DNA of 64,000 nt. Source: Eledone cirrhosa. Lineage: Eukaryota. The position numbers and the translations under genes were made by a program. This document shows, piece by piece, positions 40,963 to 52,691 of the stretch; the first letter of the stretch is position 1, and each line of letters begins with the position of its first letter. Below the pieces are notes generated by a model. The model worked only from the letters and a program-made list of their open reading frames with translations, did no database searches and had not been told where the DNA came from. The stretch spans positions 380,556,001-380,620,000 of the forward strand of contig OZ024741.1 in the NCBI GenBank assembly GCA_964016885.1, given 5' to 3'.

Positions 40963-43900
40963 TATTTTCACCATTCTATCATTCTATATCATATTTTTTC
41001 TCTAAAAATCATATTTTCCCTATCACCGCATTTTCTCTATTGTATTTTCTTAAACAAAACAAATCTTGTATTTTCGTTTATTGTTAAATTATGCCCAAAA
41101 TACGGCGATCTTATCTTAAACCTTACATTCTCACTAACAACACATCATCCCTGCCACCCTCCCCCACGCACCACCATTATTACGTGGACCAATCATAAGT
41201 CAGAGGCCCATACTAGCGCCTAACTGGTTGCTTTTCGATATGATGGATGGACTACGGAATTCTGGAGAGTTGAAGAGAGAAAAATGTGGACGCTCAGCGA
41301 CAATGCCAAAGATAAAGACAAATTCACCTCGTGGACGAGAATGCAAGCACTCCGCCTTGTTTCGGCCCAGGATGGCTAACATAACCCCCCCCCCCCCCGC
41401 GCTCACCGCTCCCACCCTCCAAACGCAATCCAAAACTTCAGAGTTGGTACCATGAATGTAGGCACCTTAAAGGGTCGCTCTAACGAGGTTGTAGAAATGC
41501 TTGAACGTAAGGAGGTCGATGTTTGTTGTATTCAAGAGACCAGGTGGAGGGGAGGGTCGGCTAGATTCATCGTGGGTAAAGAACGATGCTATAAGCTTTT
41601 CTGGGTGGGAAATGACAATGGGTTGGGTGGGGTAGGAATCATGGTAGCAGAAAAGTGGGCAGATAAGATAATAGACGTAAATAGAGTGAACGACAGAATA
41701 ATTAAAATAAGACTTGTCCTCAATAAAACTACGGTGACAGTAATATCTGCGTACGCACCACAATCCGGACTGCCCGGTGCTATAAAAGACAGATTCTACG
41801 AGACACTGATGCTCGCTACCTCCCAAATAACCGACAGTGACTATATAGTTATTGCAGGCGACCTAAATGGTCACGTTGGACAGCATTGTGACGGCTATGA
41901 CGGAATCCATGGAGGCTATGGGTTCGGTACTAGAAATGAGGAAGGCTCCAGAATCCTGGAATTCTGCGACGCAAATAACTTAACTATCTGTAACACTAAC
42001 TTCAAAAAACGAGACAATCACTTGATCACCTATAGATCGGGGGAACACACAAGCCAGGTAGATTATATCCTTACCAGAAGACGTGACAGAGTGTCTGTTG
42101 TTAACACTAAATCCCTCCCCCATGAAGAATTCACCTCCCAACATAGACTGATAATTAGCGACCTCATAGTCAGGACGAGACGTACTAGACAGCAGAAGAG
42201 GACTATCCTCAGGAGAAAAATATGGAAGCTAAAGGACCCCATAGCCAGAAATAAATTTCAAAGCATATTACTTGACGCTTTCGACAGTAAGGAAGAGCAA
42301 TTAGAGTCGTATAATATAGAGGAACAGTGGGAATTCCTGAGAGCAAACCTGCTGACGGCGGCAGACGAAGTCTGTGGCTGGAGCAGGCCTGTAGGTAGGA
42401 GGAGAGTAACATGGTGGTGGAACAGTAAGGTGGAGGAGTCAATTAAGGCCAAAAAGCAGGCTTGGAAAGCATGGCGGGATGGGGGAAGTAGAGAAGACTA
42501 TCAGGTAGCCAGGAGGGAAGCTAGGAGACAAATGTACTTCGCAAGAAGGGAAGCAGAGGAAAGAAAGTTCAAGCATGTTCTACAACGTGAGGACCAAAAA
42601 CGTGAGGTGTTCAGGATTGCCAGGCAATGTGTCAAGGAAAACCGTGATATTGTCGGGGAGAAGTGTGTGCTTAACGATGATGGCATACTTGCCATCACCG
42701 ACGCTGATAAGAAGGTAGCTTGGAAGTGTCACTACGAAAGGCTTCTAAATGAGGAGAACAAATGGGAGAAAGACAGTCTCCCCCACATCGACCCAATAGA
42801 GGGACCAGCAGTGTTAGTCCAGGGTAGTACAATAAGCAAGGCAATCAAAGATATGAAGACGGGTAAGGCGGCTGGTCCTTCGGAAATAGTTGCTGAGATG
42901 CTGAAGGCATCTGGTTCGGTGGGACACACCATGGTCACCCGGATAGTTAACCAAGTCGTACAGAATGGGGTTGTTCCGAAGGACTGGCGTAGCAGCATCA
43001 TCGTTAACTGCTATAAGGGAAAAGGAGATGCCCTAGATAGGAGTAACTATAGAGGCATTAAATTAATCGACCAGGTCATGAAGGTCACGGAAAAAGTAAT
43101 AGCGCAACTAATCAGAGAGAGAATTGATCTAGATGAAATGCAGTTCGGGTTTGTGTCAGGCAAAAGTACCACAGACGCTCTTTTCATTGTACGACAACTA
43201 CAGGAGAAGTACCTAGCTAAAAGTAAACCCCTATACTTAGCTTTCGTCGACTTGGAGAAAGCCTTCGACAGAGTCCCCCGTTCCATTATCTGGTGGTCTC
43301 TTAGAAAACTAGGTGTTGACGAATGGCTTGTGAGAGCTATACAAGCCATGTATAAAGAAACAGTCAGTAAGGTTAGAATTAACAACGAATATAGTGAAGA
43401 GTTTAGCGTAAAAGTTGGTGTCCATCAGGGCTCTGTTCTTAGCCCCCTACTATTTATTATTGCCCTTCAGGCTATAACAGAGGAGTTCAAGACCAGCTGC
43501 CCATGGGAACTCCTATACGCAGATGATCTAACGCTCATAGCTGAATCAATGACCGAACTAGAGAAGAAATTCCAAACATGGAAGCACGGCCTAGAATCAA
43601 AAGGCCTTAAAATTAACCTGGCTAAGACAAAAGTTCTAGTTTGTATGAAAGAAAATATGGCGGCAGCCCCATCTGGGAAATGGCCATGCTCAGTGTGTAG
43701 GAAAGGCGTAGGTAGAAACTCCATTTTATGTCCCAAATGCAAAGTATGGGTGCATAAAAGATGTAGTGGGATCACAGGTAAGCTAACTAAGAACATAGAT
43801 TTTACATGTGGCCGGTGCTCTGGTGCAATAAGTAGCAGCATGTGCCCACAAAATACTAGCTCCTTCAACTGCGCAGAGGGTTCTATAGAAATAGTGGACA

Positions 43901-44980
43901 GCTTCCGTTACCTGGGTGACAAAATCAGCAGTGGGGGAGGGTGCTCTGAAAGTACAGTAGCTAGAGTCAGAACTGGATGGAAAAAGTTCAGAGAGCTTAT
44001 ACCACTATTAGCCGCTAGAGGGTTCTCCCTAAAAATGAAAGGCAGGTTATACGATGCCTGCATACGAACAGCAATGCTGCATGGCAGTGAGACCTGGGCA
44101 TTGCGTGCTGAGGATATACGCAGACTAGAGAGGAACGAAGCTTGCATGCTCCGCTGGATGTGCAATAGTAATATACGTGAACAGCAAAGCATAAACGAAC
44201 TAAGGAAAAAATTAGAAATAAGAGGGATCAGATGTTGTTTACTCGAGAGAAGGCTACGTTGGTACGGTCACGTGATGCGCATGAAAGACGACAGCTGTAT
44301 AACAAAGTGCAGGGCAATAAAGATAGACGGTAGCCACGGAGTAGGCAGACCCAGAAAAACATGGCACGAGCTGATAAATTCCGACCTCACATGCTTACAC
44401 CTCTCCAAGACAATGTCACTGGACCGAGACCTTTGGCGGTACTCAGTAACAGAGAAGACCCGGCTTGCCTAAATACAAAGTAAAAACCTACTACAGTCAG
44501 TAGGCATCTCTATCAAAACACCCCCCCGTCCCACTACCTCCACCCCATCCACACCGCCCCTTTCAATGTAAAGTTATGTTGGTCCCACAACATCCAGGCC
44601 GAAACAAATGAGATCGTGTAGGCGTCACGACAAAAAAACACACAGTCCACGCTGTAAATGTGGCCGTGTAGGCAACACGGTAAAAACCTCCCAGCCCCAC
44701 ACTGTAAATGTGGTTGGTGTTAGGAAGGGCATCCAGCTGTAGAAAACCCGCCAGACAGTCCACGCTGTAATGTGGCCGTGTAGGCAACACGGTAAAAACC
44801 TCCCAGACCCACACTGTAAATGTGGTTGGTGTTAGGAAGGGCATCCAACTGTAGAAAACCCGCCAGACAGTCCTATGCGAGCAAGACAACCACTCTTGCC
44901 TCAAGTGGGAAAACCCCCGTCCAAACCCATGCAAGCGTGGAACACGGACGCTAAACCTGATGATGATGATGATGATGATA
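40961..44980 (+). mobile_element. Near full-length RTE LINE, family B
   Basis: Pyrimidine-rich 5' region, long ORF, ~500-nt 3' UTR and (ATG)n tail; (TA)n on both sides. Confidence 0.95.
41452..44472 (+). CDS. RTE ORF: APE endonuclease + reverse transcriptase + embedded PHD-type zinc finger (1006 aa; true start probably upstream)
   Basis: NVGTL, CIQETRW, GDLNGHVG, QVDYIL and SQHRL (APE); YRGIKL, QFGF, HQGSVLSPLLF, YADD and YLG (RT). No internal stops. Confidence 0.95.
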   Translation: MNVGTLKGRSNEVVEMLERKEVDVCCIQETRWRGGSARFIVGKERCYKLFWVGNDNGLGGVGIMVAEKWADKIIDVNRVNDRIIKIRLVLNKTTVTVISAYAPQSGLPGAIKDRFYETLMLATSQITDSDYIVIAGDLNGHVGQHCDGYDGIHGGYGFGTRNEEGSRILEFCDANNLTICNTNFKKRDNHLITYRSGEHTSQVDYILTRRRDRVSVVNTKSLPHEEFTSQHRLIISDLIVRTRRTRQQKRTILRRKIWKLKDPIARNKFQSILLDAFDSKEEQLESYNIEEQWEFLRANLLTAADEVCGWSRPVGRRRVTWWWNSKVEESIKAKKQAWKAWRDGGSREDYQVARREARRQMYFARREAEERKFKHVLQREDQKREVFRIARQCVKENRDIVGEKCVLNDDGILAITDADKKVAWKCHYERLLNEENKWEKDSLPHIDPIEGPAVLVQGSTISKAIKDMKTGKAAGPSEIVAEMLKASGSVGHTMVTRIVNQVVQNGVVPKDWRSSIIVNCYKGKGDALDRSNYRGIKLIDQVMKVTEKVIAQLIRERIDLDEMQFGFVSGKSTTDALFIVRQLQEKYLAKSKPLYLAFVDLEKAFDRVPRSIIWWSLRKLGVDEWLVRAIQAMYKETVSKVRINNEYSEEFSVKVGVHQGSVLSPLLFIIALQAITEEFKTSCPWELLYADDLTLIAESMTELEKKFQTWKHGLESKGLKINLAKTKVLVCMKENMAAAPSGKWPCSVCRKGVGRNSILCPKCKVWVHKRCSGITGKLTKNIDFTCGRCSGAISSSMCPQNTSSFNCAEGSIEIVDSFRYLGDKISSGGGCSESTVARVRTGWKKFRELIPLLAARGFSLKMKGRLYDACIRTAMLHGSETWALRAEDIRRLERNEACMLRWMCNSNIREQQSINELRKKLEIRGIRCCLLERRLRWYGHVMRMKDDSCITKCRAIKIDGSHGVGRPRKTWHELINSDLTCLHLSKTMSLDRDLWRYSVTEKTRLA

Positions 44981-45013
44981 TATATATATATATGAGCCCT
45001 TATGGTGAATAAA

Positions 45014-45200
45014 TAATTGTTTCTACTTTTTGGCACAAGGCCAGCAATTATCCCAGTACATTACTGGTACTTTATTTTATCGACCCCGTAAGGATGAAAG
45101 GCAAAGTTAACCTCGGCGGGAATTGAACTCAGATCGTAAAGGGACGTAACTATACTGGAAAGCATAATCCAACCCTCTACCGATACTGCCAATTCACCGC
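45014..45200 (-). mobile_element. SINE family C
   Basis: Homologous to 29229-29405. Confidence 0.85.
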
Positions 45201-45909
45201 GTGGCTATGCATACGGGAAACATTGTTCAAGGGTACTCAAAAAATGGATTGAAACAAACACAGATGACATTGAACAAAATAGGTGAAAACTCTCAATTCC
45301 CCTTTGCCAGTAACTCCTGAAAGGGGATCAATGTAATTTGGAGCACTAAATGGCAGGATCACTACTCTATATATAATGTGTCAAAACCCATGAATAAACA
45401 AGCTGCTTAGAAAGATGTATAAGGGGACAGTGCAATAACAGAAACTAAACTACTGCTATCCCTCACATGACTTGGTAGTATGTACCATTTTTTCACTAGG
45501 TGTTTTATGTGTCCCTGCAGTCATAAACAGACACAGTCCCCCTCTCAACCCTCCATCCTTTTATCCTGCAGAGTATCCAAGATGTGACAGCTAGATGGAT
45601 GGAGGCCTGCACCAGTACTAGGTAGATTGTATGTTGTTTTTTTACCCTAATAGGATGAAAAATAAATAGAGCATTGGTGGGATTTGAACTTGAAAAAGCA
45701 GAAACCCAGATAAAATATAATGGTTTAATGACAGACAAATCAACTGCCCAATTACAACAACATTACAACAAAATGTACAGAAAATATTTTTAGAAACTAG
45801 TTGTTATTGTTTTTGTATAGTAGTACTACAGTAGCTATAGTTGTATTCAAAACTTAAGATAGTTCCATTATAACCAATCTATGGATAAAATAGAGGATAT
45901 ATATATATA

Positions 45910-46232
45910 TCATCATCAACATCATCATTTTACGTCCTCTTTTCCCTGCTTGCAAGGGTGGGACGGGAACTGATTCTGGCTTCATTTCTACAGCTCGATG
46001 CTCTTCCTAACACCAACCTCATTTACAGTTAGTGCTGGGTGTTTATTTTTCCCGTGGTGCCTACACGTCCACTTTACAGTGTGGGCTGGGTGCTTTTATG
46101 CCGTGGCACGTCCACGACCACTTTGCAGTGGAATGATAAGGAGCCCAGTCCATATCATCTCATTTCTACAGGTGAGCAAACTGGAGCAATTTGAAATAAA
46201 GTGTCTTTCTCAAGGAAACAACACATCACCCA
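45910..46232 (-). mobile_element. SINE family B, 5'-truncated
   Basis: Reverse complement of 1408-1674. Confidence 0.82.
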
Positions 46233-46439
46233 GTATATATATATATATACCCGGTATATATATATATATATATATATACAGTATTTACGTATCGAGAGAG
46301 AGAAAAAAAGGGGAGGATAGGTGATACATATAGTTATTTGCCAAGTAGCGTATGCCAAAGGTACTCGATACTAGTGCCGGCAGGCTTAAATATTCGAAGT
46401 GTTAATATTTAGTGGGCTAGAGAGTAAGCAGAGCGTAAG

Positions 46440-46681
46440 CACGTGGGAAAGTAAGAAATCGGAGCGTTAAAACATGTTTATTTAAAACAACACCTACGTA
46501 CGTTTCGCCCAGTTGGACTTCTCAAGGGCATAAATAATCAAAAGTGTTCCTTTCCGAGCAATGTAAGGAACACTTTTGATTATTTATGCCCTTGAGAAGC
46601 CCAGCTGGGCGAAACGTACGTAGGTGCTGTTTTAAATAAACATGTTTTAACGGTCTATTCTCCGATTTCTTACTTTCCCAC

Positions 46682-46683
<2 letters not shown>
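46440..46683. mobile_element. Fold-back element carrying two opposed U3-A8 variant hammerheads
   Basis: Arms of ~115 bp. cc-TTGAGAA-gcccagctgggc-GAAA-cgtacg-TA-gg at 46590-46624 (+) and 46493-46527 (-). Confidence 0.7.
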
Positions 46684-46767
<84 letters not shown>

Positions 46768-46891
46768 TATAAAGGTTTACATACACATAAACTAGACAGA
46801 GCCATAGATAGATATATATATGTTTTTCGCAACCATTCACGGTGTGGCTCAATGACGAATTAATTAATTAAATAATCAACAATCAGAGCAA

Positions 46892-47624
46892 TATATAAGA
46901 AAGTAAGTCCATAGAATAATTTTATAAAATATATACAGTATTTCTCCTCCCAATCAGCATAATCAACCACATAAAAATTCAATTAAATGAGGCTATAAGT
47001 TTAAAATGTACCTATGAAGAAACAATAGACAAATAAAGAATAGATAAATAAATAAATAGATAAATACTCCCGTAAGGTTGAGTAAAACTTTAGGCAGTAT
47101 TCGGCTGCGCTTTCTAGCAACCAGCCTACTCGCCGTTAGGCACCAATCACAAGCTTTCTGGTTTGACCACAGGCCATGTCACAATTCTTACCCATTTTGA
47201 ATTCGTTTCTGGCGGGGATCATTTAAGAAAAATATTGGTCCAATTTAGTTTGTTTCCTGATGAATTCGAAACTCGTTGACTAATCCATGATCGGAGATTT
47301 CCAAAAAGCGAATGAAACCTGAGGGGTAGAAACATAATTTTGGTATGTTTATGTAAATGTTTCTTCTAACTTTGATTTTGTACCTAATTGTGTATGGTTA
47401 GCTTTATGTGTAGTCAATTACTACGGGCTATTAGAAATACTAGGTAAATATTCTGTGGCTATGGATCGCGGATAAAATAGGTATCATTTATTTATGTATT
47501 GTTTCTTCATAGGTACATTTTAAACTTCCAGCCTCGTTTAATTGATTTTTTATGTGTTTGATTATGCTGATTGGGAGGAGAAATACTGTATATATTTTGT
47601 CAAATGATTCTATGGACTTACTTT

Positions 47625-47630
<6 letters not shown>
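46892..47630 (+). mobile_element. Non-coding HHR element with an inverted copy of its 3' end at its 5' side
   Basis: 46895-47065 is the reverse complement of ~47480-47627; HHR at 47251-47334; ends in (TA)n. Confidence 0.78.
47251..47334 (+). ncRNA. Type I hammerhead ribozyme
   Basis: tgtttc-CTGATGA-attcg..cgaat-GAAA-cctgagggg-TA-gaaaca. Confidence 0.82.
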
Positions 47631-47684
<54 letters not shown>

Positions 47685-48427
47685 AAGACTAAAATCCAAA
47701 GAGGGCTCGATGAGGATAAATATATATCAAATATAAATATATAAGAACTGTATGCTTGTGTATGTACCTATATTGATACGTGTATGTATTTATTTAATTT
47801 CAATTACCTCTGTATTTTATTTACTTTATTCTTAACTCTGAAGCCGAAAATCATTCGGTTTCCTAGTTAGAATTTTAGTCTACGACTTCAGTTATACCAT
47901 TTACGTGGTTTTGTCTTTGTGTGCAATTGTTCTCCACGCTCCACATATGACGTATTATCTTCGTTTTTTCCGTTCATTGCCAGAGAACGTCTCGATGAAC
48001 CACCTAAAAGAATATTAGACTACGACTTCTTTTATATCATAAACGTGGTTTTGTCTTTGCCTGTAATTGTTTTTCACCGCTCCAAATAATGATGTATTAT
48101 ATTCATTTTTTCCCGTTCTTTGCCAGGGAACGTTTCCACGAACTAAAGTATCATCTTCCTGTCTTCCTCCGGTTGCAACTTTTTTGATATATTCACTTCT
48201 GTGTTCAAAGATTGACTTTGTTAGTTTCAGAAAATCCCGTTAAGGGTGAAAGCAGCGATTCTTTGCTTAAACTTTAATCTGTTATTTTAATAAATATTTG
48301 CTCTACGGTTCTTATATATTTGATATATATTTATCTTTATCGAGCCCTCTTTGGATTTTAGTCTTCAAATTTATTATTATTACTATTTGGCTCCCTCGGT
48401 TGAGCACTCTATTGACTTATATTCATC

Positions 48428-50552
48428 ATGCAGAAAAAACATCTGAATATTTCTACAAAGAACATACCCGTACCAAGCAGGAAAACATACCTCCTGATAC
48501 AGAAAACAGACGCGTTCATTAAAAGGTTGCGTTGGTGTGACTTTTATTTCGATAATCAGCGAAGAGCAGCCAACAAACAGGATAAATTTGGGTTTAAAAC
48601 CTATAATAACTCTCCGTGTAACCCAGCATTGCTACCCTTCGAAAATGTTGTCTGGGAACTCATACGGAGTATCAAATTTCGGAATAGGATCAATTCCTTC
48701 CAGCAGGACCTGAAGAATAGAATTCGTTCTATTAAGGATTCTAATGCCGTGCACGTCCATTCCAACAAAACTGGCAACCTATATCAAGTGGAGCGCAGTA
48801 TTTACCATCAACTACTACATAATGCTGTAACTAAGGATTACCGTAAAACTAATCGGTGCGTCATTAATGAAATCAACGATGCTGGGTTTAAAATCACCTC
48901 TGATCTCAACATCCTGGACCGGACTGAACCTCTGGATCCTATTTCTCCCCACTTTACCCTGAAGGATCACAAATCCAATTTTCAGAACAACCCCTCTATT
49001 CGGCTTATTAACCCTACGAAGTCCGATTTAGGTAGACTTAGTAAAAGGATTCTCGATAGAATTATACCTGAAATTAGAAGTTTGGCCCCTCTTGCACAGT
49101 GGAACAATTCTTTTTGCGGAGATTGATTGGTTTAACAGCATATGCAACAAGGAACATTGCCGTTTTATCCAATTCGACATCAATAATTACTACTCCTCTA
49201 TCACTTTACCACTTCTCCTTAGAGCTATCAATTTCGCTAAAACACTCACAGTGGTTAAAGATTTCGAAGTTGATGTCATCCTCAATGCCCGTAAGTCGGT
49301 GATTAATTTCGACGAGTCTATTTGGATTAAAAAATCTAATAGTACCCCTTTCGACGTGAGTATGGGCTCCAGCGATTCTGCGGAGGTTACTGATCTTATC
49401 GGCCTTTTCCTTCTTTTCTCTATCAAGGACGAATTCCCCAACGCGGGCGGTGGTTTGTACCGTGATGATGGTCTTTTGACCATGACTAAGTGCGGTCCAC
49501 GCGCTTGCGACAGGTTCAGAAAAGAATTCACAGCCTTCTTTAAAGGCTTCAACCTCTCTATACAGGTTGAGACCAACCTCACGGTCGTTAATTACCTCGA
49601 CGTTACCCTCAATTCATCGAATGGCTTGTATTACCCGTATAGAAAGCCGAATGATACGCTTAATTACATAAGCAAGTATTCTAACCATCCTGCCAGCATA
49701 ACCAAGAACCTGGTAAGAAACGTTTCTTTGAGGCTTTCCCGTCTATCTACTAACGAGCATATTTTCAACGACCATTCCACATATTACAATGAAGCTCTTG
49801 CTCGGAGTGGATTTGTCGATAAATTAGCATATACAGAGTACGAGAATAGACCCAGAAGAAATAGATCCCGACGCATTATATGGTATAACCCACCATATAA
49901 TATGGAGGTGGCCACACCATTAGCTAAGATCTTTCTATCCCTTATTACGAAGCATTTTCCCCCTACACATAAATATAATAAAATGTTTAATAGAAATACT
50001 ATTAAAATTTCTTACTCTACGACTCCTAACATTGCATATAACATCACAGGTTCAAATTTAGCTAAACTACCTAGCCGTAGGAACACTTGCAACCCTGTAG
50101 TTAGTACTAACTGTAATTGTAGGAATCGGGTTGATTGCCCCCTATCCGGGAAATGCCTCTCTAGAAACATTGTCTACAAATGTAAGGTTGAAACACCCAC
50201 GTCCCGTAGGGCCTACATAGGGTTAACCGCCAATAGATTCAAGCAGCGTCTTTACATGCATACCCATCCTTTTCGTTACCCTCTAAGAAGGAATATGACG
50301 TCACTTTCAGTTTATATCTGGAGTCTAAAAGACAACCACACCCAATATAAGTTACACTGGGAGATTCTAGCTAGGGCTAGATCGTATAACGGAAATAAAA
50401 GACCATGTGACCTCTGCGCCGCTGAGGCCCTGGAAATACTCTACGCCACAGACCACATCTTAAACAAAAAATCTGAGGCAATTTCGGCTTGTAAATATGA
50501 ATTGCACAAAACTTTCGTGTATTACAGCCCCACATTATACCCTAACGGATAG
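48428..50552 (+). pseudogene. PLE RT-GIY-YIG ORF with one frameshift (~49110-49115)
   Basis: STKNIPVPS..FIKRLRW, TLKDHK, IRLINPTKSDLG, FDINNYYSSI, MGSSDSAEV, YRDDGL, YLDVTL, CNCR..CPLSGKC, IVY..YIG and CDLC motifs. An extra T in a T-run splits ORFs 48428..49126 and 49092..50552. Confidence 0.9.
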
Positions 50553-51469
50553 TACGATCTATACGCGGATATTTTACGTGTTGATGTGGTAGCTAAGTAT
50601 ATGTTATGTTTATACCATTACTTATTTGCATAGGTAAGTATATATTACCTGTATGTTTTGTGAAGGTACGTATACTTTCTCGTACGTAATTTTGATTGAA
50701 TATGTTATGGCGTATATTTTATATATTCTGGTACATATGCTTTTGGTTATGTGTATACGTGAGTTTTGCGTCTGTGTGAGTATGCGGGTTCGTACGTATG
50801 TATGTTGTGTGTATATGTGTACTTCGTGTTTTGGTTGACCTATCTCCGAACATACGTATATTTAGATGTAGGTATGTGTGTGCGCTTGTTATATACGTAT
50901 TTATTTATTTATATACGTTTATTTAATTATTTGTATACACACACACACATATTTATATGTGCGTGTATTTGTATACATTTGGCTAGTGTTTTCGCGTATG
51001 CTTGTGTATGTACGTATATGGATGCGTGTATGTATTTATTTAATTTCAATTACCTCTGTATTTTATTTACTTTATTCTTAACTCTGAAGCCGAGAATCAT
51101 TCGGTTTCCTAGTTAGAATTTTAGTCTACGACTTCAGTTATCCCATTAACGTGGTTTTGTCTTTGCGTGCAATTGTTCTCCACGCCCCACATATGACGTA
51201 TTATCTTCGTTTTTTCCGTTCATTGCCAGAGAACGTCTCTATGAACCACCTACGAGAATATTAGTCTACGACTTCTTTTATACCATAAACGTGGTTTTGT
51301 CTTTGCGTGTAATTGTTTTTCACCGTTCCAAATAATGACGTATTATATTCGTTTTTTCCCGTTCTTTGCCAGGGAACGTTTCCACGAACCAAAGTATCGT
51401 CTTCCTGTCTTCCTGCGGTTGCAACGTTTTTTTATATATTCACTTCTGCGTTCACAGATTGACTTTGTT

Positions 51470-51520
51470 AGTTTCAGAAGATTCCGTTAAGGGTGAAAGC
51501 AGCGATTCTTTGCTTAAACT
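51470..51520 (+). ncRNA. pLTR hammerhead with variant CAGAAGA core (copies 48223-48273 +, 30844-30894 +, 29031-29081 -)
   Basis: Consensus of copies: agttt-CAGAAGA-t-ccc-gttaa-ggg-t-GAAA-gca-gcgattctt-tgc-TT-aaact (stem II reads tcc in this copy). Confidence 0.7.
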
Positions 51521-51556
51521 TTTATCTGTTATTTTAATAAATATATATATATATAT

Positions 51557-52192
51557 AAAGTTAAATAAAAGTCAAATGATTAAGATTTAGCTTCGTTTAT
51601 TACTGCTATATATATTTCAGTGACAGCCATCTTTGGCTGTGACCTCTTCAGGCAGTTTGAATTAGTATGGTATAGACAAGTACATATGTTGTTTAGGTGT
51701 ATGATATTGTCAATACTCTGATATGCCCAGTTCCTTGCTGGGTTGTTAATTCACTGGGGAACTGGAGTCATATGAATTCAAACAAACGAATTTTCGTGTC
51801 ACAGGTCCCCTTCTCCTCTCATTGGTCAGTTATTAGTGTTGTCATTGTTGGAGTTAGCTTAAAAATTGATAAAATGGTAGAAGGGACAAGGTGTTGAAGG
51901 AACAAAATATCAAAAAATGTGTCAAACTTCCCATTGTTCAGTTCTGAGAGCATTCCTCAGTCAGAAGTCTATAGAATTCTTTCTGGGGTGAGGCTCCCTG
52001 TAGTGTTTATGCCTGCTATTGTTCAGTACATTTGACCTCCACCATTATTTTGGTACTGTTGTTGTTGTAGTGGTCAGCTTATACCTTGCTGCTGCTAACA
52101 ATTTAGAAGTATTCAGTTTGTGTTTTCTCTTCCTCCCACCCGTTTGTTTGAATTCATATGACTCCAGTTCCCCAGTGAATTAACAACCCAGC
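51557..52192 (-). mobile_element. Non-coding HHR element with inverted arm 52141-52192; HHR at 51602-51656
   Basis: Minus strand: actgc-CTGAAGA-ggtc-acagcca-aaga-tggctgt-cact-GAAA-tatata-TA-gcagt. 52141-52192 is the reverse complement of ~51738-51789. Confidence 0.78.
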
Positions 52193-52601
52193 CTTACCTA
52201 AATACATAGTAAAACCTACTACAGCCAGTAGGCATCTCTAACAAAATACACCCCGTCCCACCACCCCCACCCCCACCCCATCCACACCACCCCGTTCTAT
52301 GTAAAGTTATGTTGGTGCCGCGCCATCCAGGCCGAAACAAATGAGATCGTGTAGGTGTCACGACAAAAAAACACACAGTCCACGCTGTAATGTGGCCGTG
52401 TAGGCAACGCGGTAAAAACCTCCCAGACCCACACTGTAAATGTGGTTGGTGTTAGGAAGGGCATCCAACTGTAGAAAACCCGCCAGACAGTCCTATGCGA
52501 GCAAGACAACCACTCTTGCCTCAAGTGGGAAAACTCCCGTCCAAACCCATGCAAGCATGGAACACGAACGTTAAACGATGATGATGATGATGATGATGAT
52601 G

Positions 52602-52603
<2 letters not shown>
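52193..52603 (+). mobile_element. RTE family B 3' UTR fragment
   Basis: Matches 44463-44980 without the internal duplication. Confidence 0.9.

Positions 52604-52691
<88 letters not shown>

Larger units (their letters stand above)
47681..51545 (+). mobile_element. Near-full Penelope-like element (Naiad-type) with pLTRs 47751-48298 and 50997-51545 and a 5' inverted piece 47681-47750
   Basis: Direct ~550-bp pLTRs, RT + GIY-YIG ORF; (TA)n on both sides. Confidence 0.92.
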
